Shown in pieces: positions 26,194 to 37,799 of a stretch of 64,000 nt of DNA (positions are counted from its first letter, which is position 1; each line of letters starts with the position of its first letter). Where the stretch lies: positions 530,797 through 594,796 of the forward strand of contig CM121342.1 in assembly GCA_051530055.1 (NCBI GenBank). The letters run 5' to 3'. The translations under genes were made by a program, and so were the position numbers. The notes under the pieces were generated by a model that saw nothing but the letters and a program-made list of their open reading frames with translations, was not told where the DNA came from and searched no databases. This stretch comes from Neoechinorhynchus agilis. Taxonomy: Eukaryota > Animalia > Acanthocephala.

Positions 26194-27264
26194 ATGGTTA
26201 TGCCTCATCCTCCAAGTTTGAAGAATGATTCGAATAAGTGCTTCGTGAATAGCAGTCTTCAAGCATTGTTCTATAATCGTCCGCTCTGCCGATGGATATT
26301 TGCCTATACTGAAAAGAGGTGCGCACCAATGGAAGAGGGGACAAAGTTTTGTCTTAAATGCGAGATGAAAAGAATCTTTGCCAGCATGAGGAAAGCAAGA
26401 GATCGGCCAATCGATGCAGCAAGCAATTTGATTAAACAACTCTGTCGTTTTGGGAATTTCACTTTCAATCAACAGTCAGATGCCAATGAATTTATGCTTA
26501 TATTATTGGATCGAACGATGAAGTCTTTTCGAGAATACCATGAACAAAAATTCTGTGCCTACTGGTCGAATGGTCGTCGTGGATACAAGTTGAATTTCGA
26601 TATAGAGTACCGGTGTCCGGAATGTAACGAGATAAATTCAGGATCTGAGGAGTCCGACATGGTTCCAGTTTTCGCAAACGGGCAACCGCAGCATCTCAAT
26701 CACATTCTCGATGAGTATATCGGTAAACCGAATCGATGTGACAAACGATGTGAACGCTGCGGAAATCAAATGGATCAAATACGAAAAATCCGAAACACTC
26801 CGGACAGTCTGATCTTCACCATTTTCCCAGATATTCATCATCTCAGAGAAGGACATCGAGTTACGATTTCGGTTCGTTTGGACTTAACGAATTTCTGTCA
26901 AGGTCACAATGTCCGGTACCACTTGACCTCGGCGGTATTGCATCATTCGGATGTTACTGAGTATGGACACTACACGTCCATCGTTCGTCATGATCGCCAA
27001 AGTTGGTTCACAGTTAGCGATCAATTGGTAAAACAATTAAATCCGGGTTCCACATCAGAATCATTTAAAAGAGCTTATGTCGTCATATACCAAATAGCTT
27101 TAGCAAAGGACCCGGAAATCCTCCCCAAAACAGCCGTAAAAAGAAAACGAAGAGCGTCTATAAGCGATGGAACCGATTCGTCCACAAATAGCAATCGATG
27201 CAATGAATGGCAATATATGAAGTCACCAAAAAGAATGAGGGGCTTAATCACGAGATTGCGTTAG
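26194..27264 (+). CDS. ubiquitin-specific protease (peptidase C19), 356 aa, single exon
   Basis: Cys box SLKNDSNKCFVNSSLQAL, QQSDANEF, Zn-ribbon CPEC/CERC, His box HHSDVTEYGHYTS and WFTVSD. Confidence 0.92.
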   Translation: MVMPHPPSLKNDSNKCFVNSSLQALFYNRPLCRWIFAYTEKRCAPMEEGTKFCLKCEMKRIFASMRKARDRPIDAASNLIKQLCRFGNFTFNQQSDANEFMLILLDRTMKSFREYHEQKFCAYWSNGRRGYKLNFDIEYRCPECNEINSGSEESDMVPVFANGQPQHLNHILDEYIGKPNRCDKRCERCGNQMDQIRKIRNTPDSLIFTIFPDIHHLREGHRVTISVRLDLTNFCQGHNVRYHLTSAVLHHSDVTEYGHYTSIVRHDRQSWFTVSDQLVKQLNPGSTSESFKRAYVVIYQIALAKDPEILPKTAVKRKRRASISDGTDSSTNSNRCNEWQYMKSPKRMRGLITRLR

Positions 27265-27339
27265 TGGAGATCGATGATGTACGATAAATATAAAATTACC
27301 TTTAAATGGGCGATTACAGCTTTGATTGGTTGTTGACTT

Positions 27340-27865
27340 TAAATTGGAATTCAAATTAAGAAGCAATGAAAAATGCAGAACTCTTTTTTCAGGCAATATT
27401 TATGCATTCTAGAATAATTGAGCACGCAAATTTCTCCGATTTCCCCATTTAATTTTAAAATAAGTGATCGCGATCGGATCATACAAATTTCAAAAATGCA
27501 GTTCTTCGCAGCAACATGGGAACTCCGAACGATTGTCAAATTCCATGCAAGGAATGCGCAGAAAAACTAATTAAACTCGGGTAATCAAAGAAAGTCTGAT
27601 TGCTTGATCATTACGATATTTAAGATACCTTGGAATCTACAGAAGGGTCCCAACATTGTAATTCCAACGAAGGTGGCAAAACTATCTCCGCTAAGCAATT
27701 TTCCACCACTCGGACACTACGGAGTATGGTCTTTATATGGCCTTTGTTAGGCATGAATTCAATCGATTGCCAAATGCAGATGATGAGAAGATTCGATTGT
27801 GTACGAAGACGAACCCTATTCTCATTCGCTTCTTCATGCTTACGTCCATTTGTTCCAACGTACAA
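27340..27865 (+). pseudogene. decayed tandem paralog of the upstream USP (C-terminal half)
   Basis: Colinear fragments with stops and frameshifts: MGTPNDCQIPCKEC (vs IGKPNRCDKRCERC), SDCLIITIF (vs PDSLIFTIF), FHHSDTTEYGLYMAFVRHE (vs LHHSDVTEYGHYTSIVRHD), HAYVHLFQ (vs RAYVVIYQ). Confidence 0.8.
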
Positions 27866-29116
27866 TACGTTTTAATCTTCACGCGAGCTTGGAGCTCGAT
27901 TTTTCGAATAATTTGAATATTTACATATTTGGCGAATCTTGTTGCTACATGGCAAACCGAAATGACCCTAAAGGAACTTCATTATTAGGCTAGATGATGA
28001 ATAAATCAATTAATACAAAAGGGCGGCAAATAATTATTTATTAAAGACGCTTCGAACCTCGTCGGGTTCATTGAAAGCTTCTATTACTCCCCGGTACTTC
28101 ACATATCGACATTACAGGGCTGCATCTTGGAGGTGACGCCGGTTCTTCCTCGAAACCCTCGGGCTCTGTAAATCGGAATCGATCGTCTCCTTTATTAAAG
28201 CCTCATATTGAATTGATTCCTTTGGTTCATGGATTCTATTCCTGGTGTAATTAGCGAGCCTTCTGTTTGATTCACTTATATAGTAGTCGGATACTACTAC
28301 ATTAAAAATCATATTTAGACAACAATCGTTTTCTCCATCCTTTAATCATGGAAACTTTTTAGAAATCAAAGGTGCAGATAAATTTTCGGAATTACAATCT
28401 TTGCCGACAGCATGTCGCGTCAATTTTGTAAACGATATTGAAATTTTTATCCATTTAAGGGCGTTTTATCTATTATGTCGTTTAAAATCGTAATTCAACT
28501 TCGTAACTTTGATAAATATATTGGATTTTTGATTCGGAAAATCTATGAAATTCGACTTATTTTTTGCAGTAGGAATAAAGCGATCACGTCTGTAAAAAAA
28601 ATCGTGACAAGTTTTATTTAAATAGGAAAATGTGAGTTATATTTTGTTATACTAAGAAACAAGCAAATACACAAATCAGTGAAAAATGTTTGTTAGGCTT
28701 TTACAAAAGAATATAACTTCAAATATTTGCATTGTTTGGAGCTTTTACAAACATGCGATCGTGATAAAATTTATGTATTTTGTTTTTCTCGCCTCATTAG
28801 TCTTCTAAGTCGACTTTACCAGCCACCGGGAGAAAATGTTTCTGAGTTTTAAGGAAGTTTTCCTGGTAGTAGTCAAAGCCGAGGTGTGAATATAATCGCT
28901 TTTTATCCGCAACTGACATCGAACGCCAACGAATTCGTTGAATAGAGGTTTTTATCACTTCACTTGATATTTTTCAATTCAATAATAAATAAAATTGTTT
29001 TGAATACAACACAAGAAAATGCATTCAGTGTTTACGATTTAAACTGTTCAAATATTTACAAAGCAATACACAATTCAATCTTTTTATTTTATCATAACAA
29101 AACTCTTGGATGTATT

Positions 29117-29890
29117 TTAGAGAGGCCCGTTTAAATGATCAAAGTTATAAATCATTGGGATGAAAATTGTAACAGATTCGTAATAATCTATAATCTTGTT
29201 GGGAAATTCAATGCTTGCAACTGCCGAATCGATAAATTCAGTACGGCCATCCGAGCGTTTAACGACATATTGATAACTGTTTTCATTCTTTTTCATTCCC
29301 ACAATTTCGAATTGGTCATTTTCAAACTGACCCGTTTGACTCCTTTGTAAACCACGATCGTTGCCGCCTCCCCGGTGAGGTTCATCTTTAACAGAATAAT
29401 TTTCCAAAGTAACAGTATTTTTTTCTGATTTCAATCGAAATTTCCTCGGTTCATTTCCTTCTTGGCTCGAACCAACCTTCAAAGATCTCTCATCGCAATA
29501 AACATTCCATCTTTTTCGCAATGAATATGATTGTCTCTTGGTGTTTTGTTTAACTTCATATTGATCAATGAGTTCTTGGCTGTCAAAATTCTCAATTGGT
29601 ACCCATGAACCTTGCTCAAGCGGATATCCGTGCCATTTCTGTAGATACATTTCTCGTCCAACTAAAATCTTTTTGCCAAGGACGCCTTCAACGACGAATC
29701 GTTCACCTCGTTCCTTCGGTGATTCATTTGCTTTAAAAACTTTCGATACTTCTTTATGTTTTAATTCTCCCTTTACCTTTGGATATGTGATTAAAGAACT
29801 TTTTCCAACTGGTTGACCCAATATTTTCTCTGATGTTGAGCTCTCTGAATCATCTGAACTGTCTATTTTGGCTTTTCGTCCAAGCGGCAT
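29117..29890 (-). CDS. HP1-like protein (chromodomain plus putative chromoshadow domain)
   Basis: Chromodomain FVVEGVLGKK...YLQKWHGYPLEQGSWVPIENFDSQELIDQYE. The C-terminal EIVGMKK...YVVK...ASIEFPNKIIDYYES resembles a chromoshadow domain. Confidence 0.75.
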   Translation of the reverse strand: MPLGRKAKIDSSDDSESSTSEKILGQPVGKSSLITYPKVKGELKHKEVSKVFKANESPKERGERFVVEGVLGKKILVGREMYLQKWHGYPLEQGSWVPIENFDSQELIDQYEVKQNTKRQSYSLRKRWNVYCDERSLKVGSSQEGNEPRKFRLKSEKNTVTLENYSVKDEPHRGGGNDRGLQRSQTGQFENDQFEIVGMKKNENSYQYVVKRSDGRTEFIDSAVASIEFPNKIIDYYESVTIFIPMIYNFDHLNGPL

Positions 29891-30114
29891 CTAAGGAAAC
29901 GAACACATTTTTGGCCGTGATTTTTGCATTCTACGAATAGCAACGTTTTTATTCTTTTCACTAGGGAAATGAATATACACTCAGATTAGGCCAAATTGTA
30001 TAAATGGAAGCGGGCAGTATTTTGTAAATTAACTAATTAATAATTGCAAATATTAAATGCTTTTAATTTTGCGGATTTATGCTCAGTTGCTCTCACGAAA
30101 TATTTTAAAATTCA

Positions 30115-30715
30115 AGACAAAATATCCAAAACGAACACACCATTAAGGGCTTTTTAGGCGCTTTTATAAGAACTTCGTTTACAAAGCGTATAAAATCCTT
30201 TTAATCAATTGCGAGAACTAGCTTTAATCGACATATCAATAGTGACTTATTCAATTTATTTAACGCTTACAAACACGTAACGTGTTTTTTTATTAAAAAA
30301 CGCTCATACTTTCACCGGCGAAAATTAGCTATTCAAATACAAATTCAGCAAATGACAAAATATCCAAAGGAACACATCATTAAAAGCTTTTTAGGCGCTT
30401 TTATAAGAACTTTGCTTACAAAGCGAATATAATCCTCTTTGTCAATTGCAAAAATTAATTTTAATTGACATATCAGCAGTGATTTAGTCAATTTATTTCA
30501 CGTCGGCGAAATTGGCTATTAAACTACAAATTCAGCAAATGACAAAATATCCAAAGGAACACATCATTAAAAGCTTTTTAGGCGCTTTTATAAGAACTTT
30601 GTTTACAAAGCGAATATAATCCTTTTTGTCAATTGCAAAAATTAGTTTTAATTGACATATCAGCAGTGATTTAATCAATTTATTTCGCGTTAGCAAACAT
30701 GCAGCGTGTTTTTTA
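30115..30715. repeat. three imperfect tandem copies of a 187-238-bp unit
   Basis: gacaaaatatccaaa...ttttaggcgcttttataagaact recurs at about 30116, 30354 and 30541. Confidence 0.9.
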
Positions 30716-30720
30716 TTATG

Positions 30721-31470
30721 TTTTCTAAGACCCGATTTTTATATAAAGTGAAGAACGAAGGAGTACAAGGACGTGTTTCATAATATCGAATTTTTATTTG
30801 CTGGGTAAATTTTTCTAAGACCCGATTTTTATATAAAGTGAAGAACGAAGGAGTACAAGGACGTGTTTCATAATATCGAATTTTTATTTGCTGGGTAAAT
30901 TTTTCTAAGACCCGATTTTTATATAAAGTGAAGAACGAAGGAGTACAAGGACGTGTTTCATAATATCGAATTTTTATTTGCTGGGTAAATTTTTCTAAGA
31001 CCCGATTTTTATATAAAGTGAAGAACGAAGGAGTACAAGGACGTGTTTCATAATATCGAATTTTTGTTTATTGGGTAAACTTTTCTAAGACGCGGGTTTT
31101 ACATAAAGTGAAGAACTTAGAAGGACTTCAAAGACGCGTTTTATAACGTCGAATTTTTATTTGCTGGGTAAATTTTTATAAGACGCCGGTTTTATATAAG
31201 GTTAAGAACGAAGAAGGACTACAAAGATCCGTTTTATAACATCGATTTTTTATTTACTGGGTAATGCTTTCCAAGATGCGGGTTTTATTTAAAGTAAAGA
31301 ACGAAGAACGACTACAAAGACGCGTTTTATAACATCGAATTTTTATTTACTAGGTAATGTTTCCTGAGACGCCGGTTTTATTTAAAGTGAAGAACGAAGG
31401 ACTACAAAGACGCGTTTTATAACATCGATTTTTTATTTATGGGGTAATGTTTTCTAAGACGCGAGTTTTT
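30721..31470. repeat. 90/93-bp tandem repeat, about 8 copies
   Basis: ttttctaagacccgattttt...gctgggtaaat starts at 30721, 30811, 30901 and 30991 (near-identical), followed by diverged copies of about 93 bp. Confidence 0.97.
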
Positions 31471-31499
31471 TTATAACAGGAAAGTGTCAAATGGCCATA

Positions 31500-33350
31500 A
31501 CATAAGTTGTGCAATCATGCATTTCGAACATCCATCTGCATGGATTATGTTTCAAGGAGTCAATATCTGGCTGCTAGAGGAATAGTGCATTTTTTCGCAG
31601 AACCTCTCCAAAAATAAGACGTCGATCCGGAGGTCTACCGCGACTAAAAATCGTAAGGCCAGAGATGGCCCATGTTTTCCAAATTTGAACGCTTTTTTGT
31701 CCGTTAGTTTCAGCTTACTTGCTCTAACATAAAAACGTTTTGTTATTTGAGAATTTTATTAAAATGTGTCAGGTCAAATTTCTGATTCAACCTTGCATTA
31801 AAATTATGTCCTAAAATCTTAATTCGTTTGAATTTTTTGGTATTTGAATCTACGTCTACAATTAGTAGGATTTGTTCCCCGGTAAAATAAGGGCTACCAG
31901 CCACGGCCATAATGTTTGTTTTATTGCTATTGAAGCTTAGGCCCATTAAGTTTGGTTGCCGATTAATAAAAGATACGAGGTCTTTCATTAACACCGGGAG
32001 TTCCCAGGAGTTATCGGTGGAAAGAACCGTGCTAATATCGTCTGCGTAGATAATCGTTTTCACCCCATTTATTGAATAGCATGAGATGAATTGCATCGCA
32101 ATGAGGAATAGTATTGGCGATAGCGGTGAACCCTGAGGGAGACCTTTAGTTGGGAAGAAAACTTTGCCGTCCGTGTCGTCCTCGAAGTAAAAGGATTTTG
32201 AGCTAAGTATATCCCACAGGTGGGCAAGAATATCGTTAGGAAAATTGAGAAAAGACATATAACTCAGCAGAAACTGCAGGTTGATATTGTCATAGGCGGC
32301 TGTATTTGCATGGGTTGTGGGAAAGAGAATAGATATCCCTAACGGCCGAAATGACCGGCCTGCCCTGGAAGGAGCCATGACAGTTTGAGGAGATGATGTC
32401 CTTTTCCACACAAAATTCCATGAGCGAGTGCCTTCTCATATAACGATACTAGAGAATTTTGTATTGAGATAGGCCTCAGGTCAGATGGGAAAGTAACTGT
32501 ACGTCTTTTGCCTTTAACCAGGAGGATACGTCGTGATATGTTAATTTTTTTCCCACTCGTCCCTAGATGCCCGTAGGATGCAGGAAATAATTGCTGGCTT
32601 TATTGATGGATCAATAAATTTAAGGCATTTCGAGGGCGCCGAGAATGTATTCGTAGACATCTTGACGGATTTATCCCAAGCCCTTAGCAAATTATTCGAA
32701 GTCAAGTCTCCATTATTTAGGGATCGCAAAAAAGGCAACTTCAGCCAGTTACCATTAGGTGCTAAGCCAGTACCAAGCGATGATTTCTCATTAATCTCAT
32801 TAACCACTGATTTGTCAGAGGTGTCCCGAATCCAACGAGCCGCTCTGACTCTCCACCTAACGTATTTGGAGTTTTTTAGAATGCGCCAGAAAGATTTAGT
32901 GGAAGATGAAAGACGCTTAATGATCCGCTGATGAACTGCTAAATGAAGCCTGTAATTGCAAGCCCAGTATTTTCGCGTCCAAATACGCTTAGACGTGTCG
33001 TCCTGTAAAAGAATAGCTTTCTTTGCTTGAGCCGCACAATATCGCAAATAATTCGAGGTTATCCTACCAGCTACAGAATAATTAGGCAATGACAAAAATA
33101 TATTGGACATTTTAGAAATTAGATGATTCCACGCCGGAAGGGTACTATAATTCGGCATTGCACGCTTGATTGCGAAATTGAAGAAGGCTACATTCAGGGG
33201 AGAGAAGCGATATTTTCGGGATAATGACAGACCGTCCGTAATATTCCATGTCAACATATCATGTAAGCAAATTTCCGCAATCGACGTCTGTTTGGCGAGG
33301 GATATTGTCACGCGTCGATCGAATGGGGCGAAACAGCCATCCAAGAAGGA
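31500..33350 (-). mobile_element. family A LINE ORF2 fragment (linker plus RT)
   Basis: SPLNVAFF is shared with the 19438 ORF; also AAYDNI, KGLPQGSPLSPILF and YADD. Confidence 0.88.
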
Positions 33351-34054
33351 ATGAGAATTGTTATGGAGTCTGTGAAAATTACTGTGGACGAGTATGATAG
33401 TGTGACTGGGATAAAAGGTAACGGTAGGAAAAACGAAAGCGATCCAGCTGAAGTAATTACTATGAAAGCTACGGTCGAACAAAAGGTCCAGGCAACACCT
33501 GAACGAGTAGAAACAAGAGCAAAAAGAGGAACTCCGTCAAAATCAATCAACCCTCCGATTCATTTCGGTAATAACACGCCTTCTCCACCCCGGCCATCAT
33601 CCCTCGTTGCTCTGAATTCGACCCACCGTGTCATGCACTCCACCATCGAGGATAGAAATCGTACAATATTTATTTCTTGTGTGCCGGAAGCCCCTGTTAC
33701 AGATCCTGTCGCCGCTGATGCACACAACCGCCACCAAATCCTTCGAATCGGTCAACTCCTTTTCCCCGACATTCACTCTACTATTCTTCCCCCATTAACA
33801 GTTATGCGCATTCCATCTAAAAATCCCTTTAACCCGAGACCACGTCTCCTCAAATTAACTTTTATTTCACCATTCGTAGCCTCTCTCTCTTTCTTAACAG
33901 GAAATACAAATTCCTTACTTCTCAATTTTCTTTTCATATCTATCCACATAAGACCGCATCAAAAAATCTTTCCCTTTGCTTTCCAAACTCAACCCAGAAC
34001 TCATCTTCCTGATGTAACCCGTAACTCTTAACAAAAACCCACTAACATCTCCCC
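33351..34054 (+). mobile_element. family B LINE ORF1 fragment
   Basis: RNRTIFISCVPE...RIPSKNPFNPRPRLLKLTF is a typical LINE ORF1 RRM-like motif. It is homologous to the minus-strand copy at 52104-52850. Confidence 0.75.
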
Positions 34055-34184
34055 TGTGATATTGAGCGTCACAATTGACCGATCGATAGTGGCGGTTTCA
34101 AGTGTGCGCACGTTCGTTTTGTTATTTCGTTTGGTTGGCTCAATAAAACCTAGTTCAGGTGTAGTTCAGGCATACATTATAACA
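34055..34184 (+). repeat. putative 130-bp 5' LTR (TGT...ACA) containing AATAAA
   Basis: Starts tgtgatatt, ends tataaca and lies about 80 nt upstream of the gag ATG. There is no second copy in the window to confirm the boundaries. Confidence 0.65.
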
Positions 34185-34185
34185 G

Positions 34186-34200
34186 TTTATTGAGCCAACC
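34186..34200 (+). promoter_or_regulatory. primer-binding site complementary to its own LTR
   Basis: tttattgagccaacc is the exact reverse complement of ggttggctcaataaa at 34133-34147 and sits 1 nt after the LTR-terminal CA. Confidence 0.65.
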
Positions 34201-36429
34201 TCCTATTCGAATCCTATGGAGAACGAAAAATCTCTATTGGACGATTAAACCAGTTCATGCCAAAGAATGAACCCCAACTTTAAAATCGAACGGTTCAATA
34301 CGTTACCGCGTGAAAACGGTTCGGCGAAAAGATTCAAATTGTGGAAACGGAATTTCAAGTACCTCATACAATCGGTCAACAACAAGGATGACAAACTCGA
34401 GTACCTATTTGCCAATATTGGACCGGATGTGTTTGAGCTTGTTGAGGAAGCCCAAAGTTTTGACGATGCGTTCTCCACCTTGGAAAAGCTCTATGTCAAA
34501 AAACCAAATGTTGTATTTACTCGACATTTGCTCGTCACTCGCAAACAGCTGGATTCGGAGGGCATCGACCAATACGTCCTGAGCTTAAGGAGCATCGCTC
34601 GTGATTGTGGCTTCAAGACATCTAGTGGAGAAGACATCAAAGATGAATCCATCCGAGATGCATTTATTTCTGGGATCAAATCGAGTAACATAAGGGGAAG
34701 ATTGTTGGAAATCGAGGATTTGATCCTATTAAAGGCTATCACGATCTCGAAAAGTATCAAATGTGCGGTAGATGATTTGGGACAATTCGATGACAGTAAA
34801 ACCAGCGAATGCTTACGCAGTCTAACCGTCGCTGATTCTACCTTTGCTGATTCTATAACTGAAAATCTGAATTGCAACGCTGCTATGGGTAGCGGTAAGA
34901 GCGAGGGATTTTCCGGTCGATCAATATGCTTTTTCTGTGGGAATAAGCGACATCTTAGAAACCTATGTCCTGCTAACGAAGCCAGGTGTTATAACTGCCA
35001 AAATAGTGGGCATTTCGCTAAGATTCGCTGGTAATCCCAGTAACGATTCAAAACAAGACGTTTCAAGCCTTACTCGATACCGGTAGCTCTTTCAATTTCA
35101 TCGACAACAGCGCCTCGAAAAAACTTAATCATGTTTCAGAGCCTGTATGTATGAATGTTTCTATGGAATCCGGACGTGCAACAAAGAGGGCGCTAGGAAA
35201 GACCTATACCGATGTACAGTATGAGGAAGAGAATATTGAAAATTTAGAATTCTATACATTGCATGACTTATGCTGTGACATTATCTTGGGTTTGTGCTTT
35301 ATCAAACTAAACAAGGAATTACGAGTAAAACTGAATTGAGAGGAAAACATTCTCGAATTGACAGCCGCCGTTACCGATCATACATCAAGCGAGACCGTAT
35401 TCAGTCCGACCCTTTTCGAAAATTTGGGCGCTGATTGCCGGCCGATCGCCACGAAATCTATATCGTATTTCGTACCGGATTTTCAACTTATCGAATCGGA
35501 GATAGGACGTATGCTTAAAGATGATATTATAGAGACTTAAAACTCGCCGTGGCGTGCTCAAGTTGTCCTCGTTAAAAAAGAAAACGACAAAAAAACGACT
35601 TGTCGACTTTTCTCAAACGATAAATAGGTTAACATACCTGGATGCCTACCCGTTACCGAAAATTGAAACCATAGTTAATGATATCGCAAAGAATACAGTG
35701 TTTAGTCAAATTGACTTGAAGGATGCATACTATCAAGTTCCGATAGACACCAAAGAGAGAAATTATACGTCCTTCGAAGCTTGCGGAAGATTATACCGAT
35801 TCAAGAAAATTCCTATGGGAGTCACGAATGGCGTGGCCGTGTTCCAACGCTTCATGAATCACATCATCGAAGAAAATAAACTCGGAAATACTTATTCGTA
35901 TTTGGATGATGTAGTCATATGTGGGAAGACCCAACAAGAACATGATCAAAATCTTGAACGTTTCAAGGAAGCGGCGACCAAGAGGGCTGAAACTAAACGG
36001 CTCGAAAAGCAGATATGGACTCAAAAGAGCTTTTGTGCTAGGACACGAAATCGGGGATGGGCAGTTAAGACCTGACCCTAACAGATTTAAGCCTCTCAAC
36101 GACATAGCGACTCCCACCGACAAGTTCGAGTACTACAGTCGGTGGATTCCGAATTATTCGAAGAGAATTCAGCTCCTGGTATCGAATCACATAAAATTTC
36201 CCTTGTCCAATGAAATAACGACCTTGATTCAGTCCCTAAAAGCCGATATCAAAAATGCGGTGATTAATAGTATCGACGAAGGAAAAGAATTTGTCCTTGA
36301 AACAGATGCATCGGAAAACGCCGTTGGAGCGGCTTTATTCCAAAGTGGACGCCCTGTGGCCTTCTTTTCGAAGACATTGAAAAAACACGAAAAGCGATAC
36401 CATATCGTCGAAAAGGAAGCGTATGCTTT

Positions 36430-37760
36430 ATGCCCTTGGACCATTTCGCCGAAGGGTTATTGAAATCGCCAGCAATGAAATCGATGTTAGAATGGAGAAG
36501 GCATTTGACAATATTCTTAACCGTCGAGCGATGTTACAGATTGGTAATAGTGAAACGCCAGCGATCGAAGAAAAATTTAAAATGGGAATAGGGCACCTCA
36601 TTTGAAGGATTAAGAGATCTGTGGAAGACAAAAAGTAGACCTTGTGACGATGGGTTGAAAGGAGCAGAGATAAAAGAAACGTATTCGGGAGAGAAATTGA
36701 GGTAGGAAATTGAAAAGCTGAGATGTATTATATACACTTTCACTTTCTTGGAAAAGAAAAATTAAAGCTCTCAGTATGAGATTAGTAATTTTAGGGAAAT
36801 TGGTCGCCTTCCCCCCACAATTCCACTGTCACAGGCACAAATTCTCAGCCATTATCTGGGCTTTTTGGATTTTCTGCGGATCGAGCCAGGTAGGGGGAAT
36901 GAGGGCTGCGACTGATTGTTCCTTGGTGATTCGACTCACGAAATCGAAATCCTTATCTACAAATCCGTCCGTGAGGTTATTATTATCATCAACGCATTTT
37001 TTGCTTCAGTGATTTTGAGCACAGTACGGACAAACGATAGATTTGTTTGGGCATTTCTGTGACCAGTGGACCCATTTTTGACATCCGCTGCATCGCGGGA
37101 AATGAAAATCGTCCTGATTAGATATATCATTGGAAAGGAATTTAACTTCCATTCCTTGAAAAAAACATCGCTGAGCTGTAAGTTTATTTCTTGTGTCCAC
37201 GTTGGCCTTAAGAACTGCTCTCGGTATGGGTTTGCCGCTTTTTATTGACTTCAAGAAAAAAAGAATCTGGCACCGAAACTTTGCTTCAAACTCCTCTCTA
37301 TCGGACAAATCAATGCCCGGAGAGAGACCAGAAACTAGAAATGTGGAGTCGTATGTGCCAGTAGAAATAGTAACGCCGGAGTTATCGCATCGGTTAGCGG
37401 CGAACTCTTTGAAATTATTTGAGTGAACGTTATTTGTAAAGTAGATTTTAAGTTTTTCAGCATAATAAGAGATCGATCGAATGATTTCCCGGTCTTCTTT
37501 AATCGTTCTTAACCATGGTGTTAGGAATGTCCGGTGAAGCACCTCTCTTGGAAGCAGAGGAGAGGACGAAATTGTGATCACATGCGGCCATCTTTTTGAT
37601 TGGAAGATCCAGATAGGTCTCGGTGTTGGAATTCGAATTGGATTGGATGGATGGGTACTGAACAGTATCCTTGCTTATTAGATGAGCTTGCGCTGCTTGA
37701 CTAATAGCTTCATCAATCATTGCTTGCTTTGTCTTAGGTGGCCGTTCGTCATCATACAAT
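36430..37760 (-). mobile_element. family A LINE fragment (ORF1 plus endonuclease start)
   Basis: ORF 37006-37581 reads TPWLRTIK...FPRCSGCQKWVHWSQKCP...CPYCAQNH; minus-strand WNCGGKATNF lies near 36820. Confidence 0.85.
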
Positions 37761-37799
37761 TTATTCGCAAGAGAGTAACAATGGATAGCCGAAGTTATT

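Larger units (their letters stand above)
34055..36430 (+). mobile_element. Ty3/gypsy LTR retrotransposon, 3'-truncated (5' LTR, gag, decayed PR, RT, RNase H; no integrase or 3' LTR)
   Basis: Gag 34267-35034 has two zinc knuckles. RT motifs SPWRAQVVLV, DAYPLP, IDLKDAYYQVP and YLDD; RNase H motif LETDAS...AFFSKTL...EKEA. The sequence switches to a minus-strand LINE at about 36430. Confidence 0.95.

Noticed and set aside
33300-33400. Head-to-head ORF2(-)/ORF1(+) junction as a twin-priming 5' inversion
   Set aside because: The ORF2 piece belongs to family A and the ORF1 piece to family B, so they are unlikely to come from one RNA.
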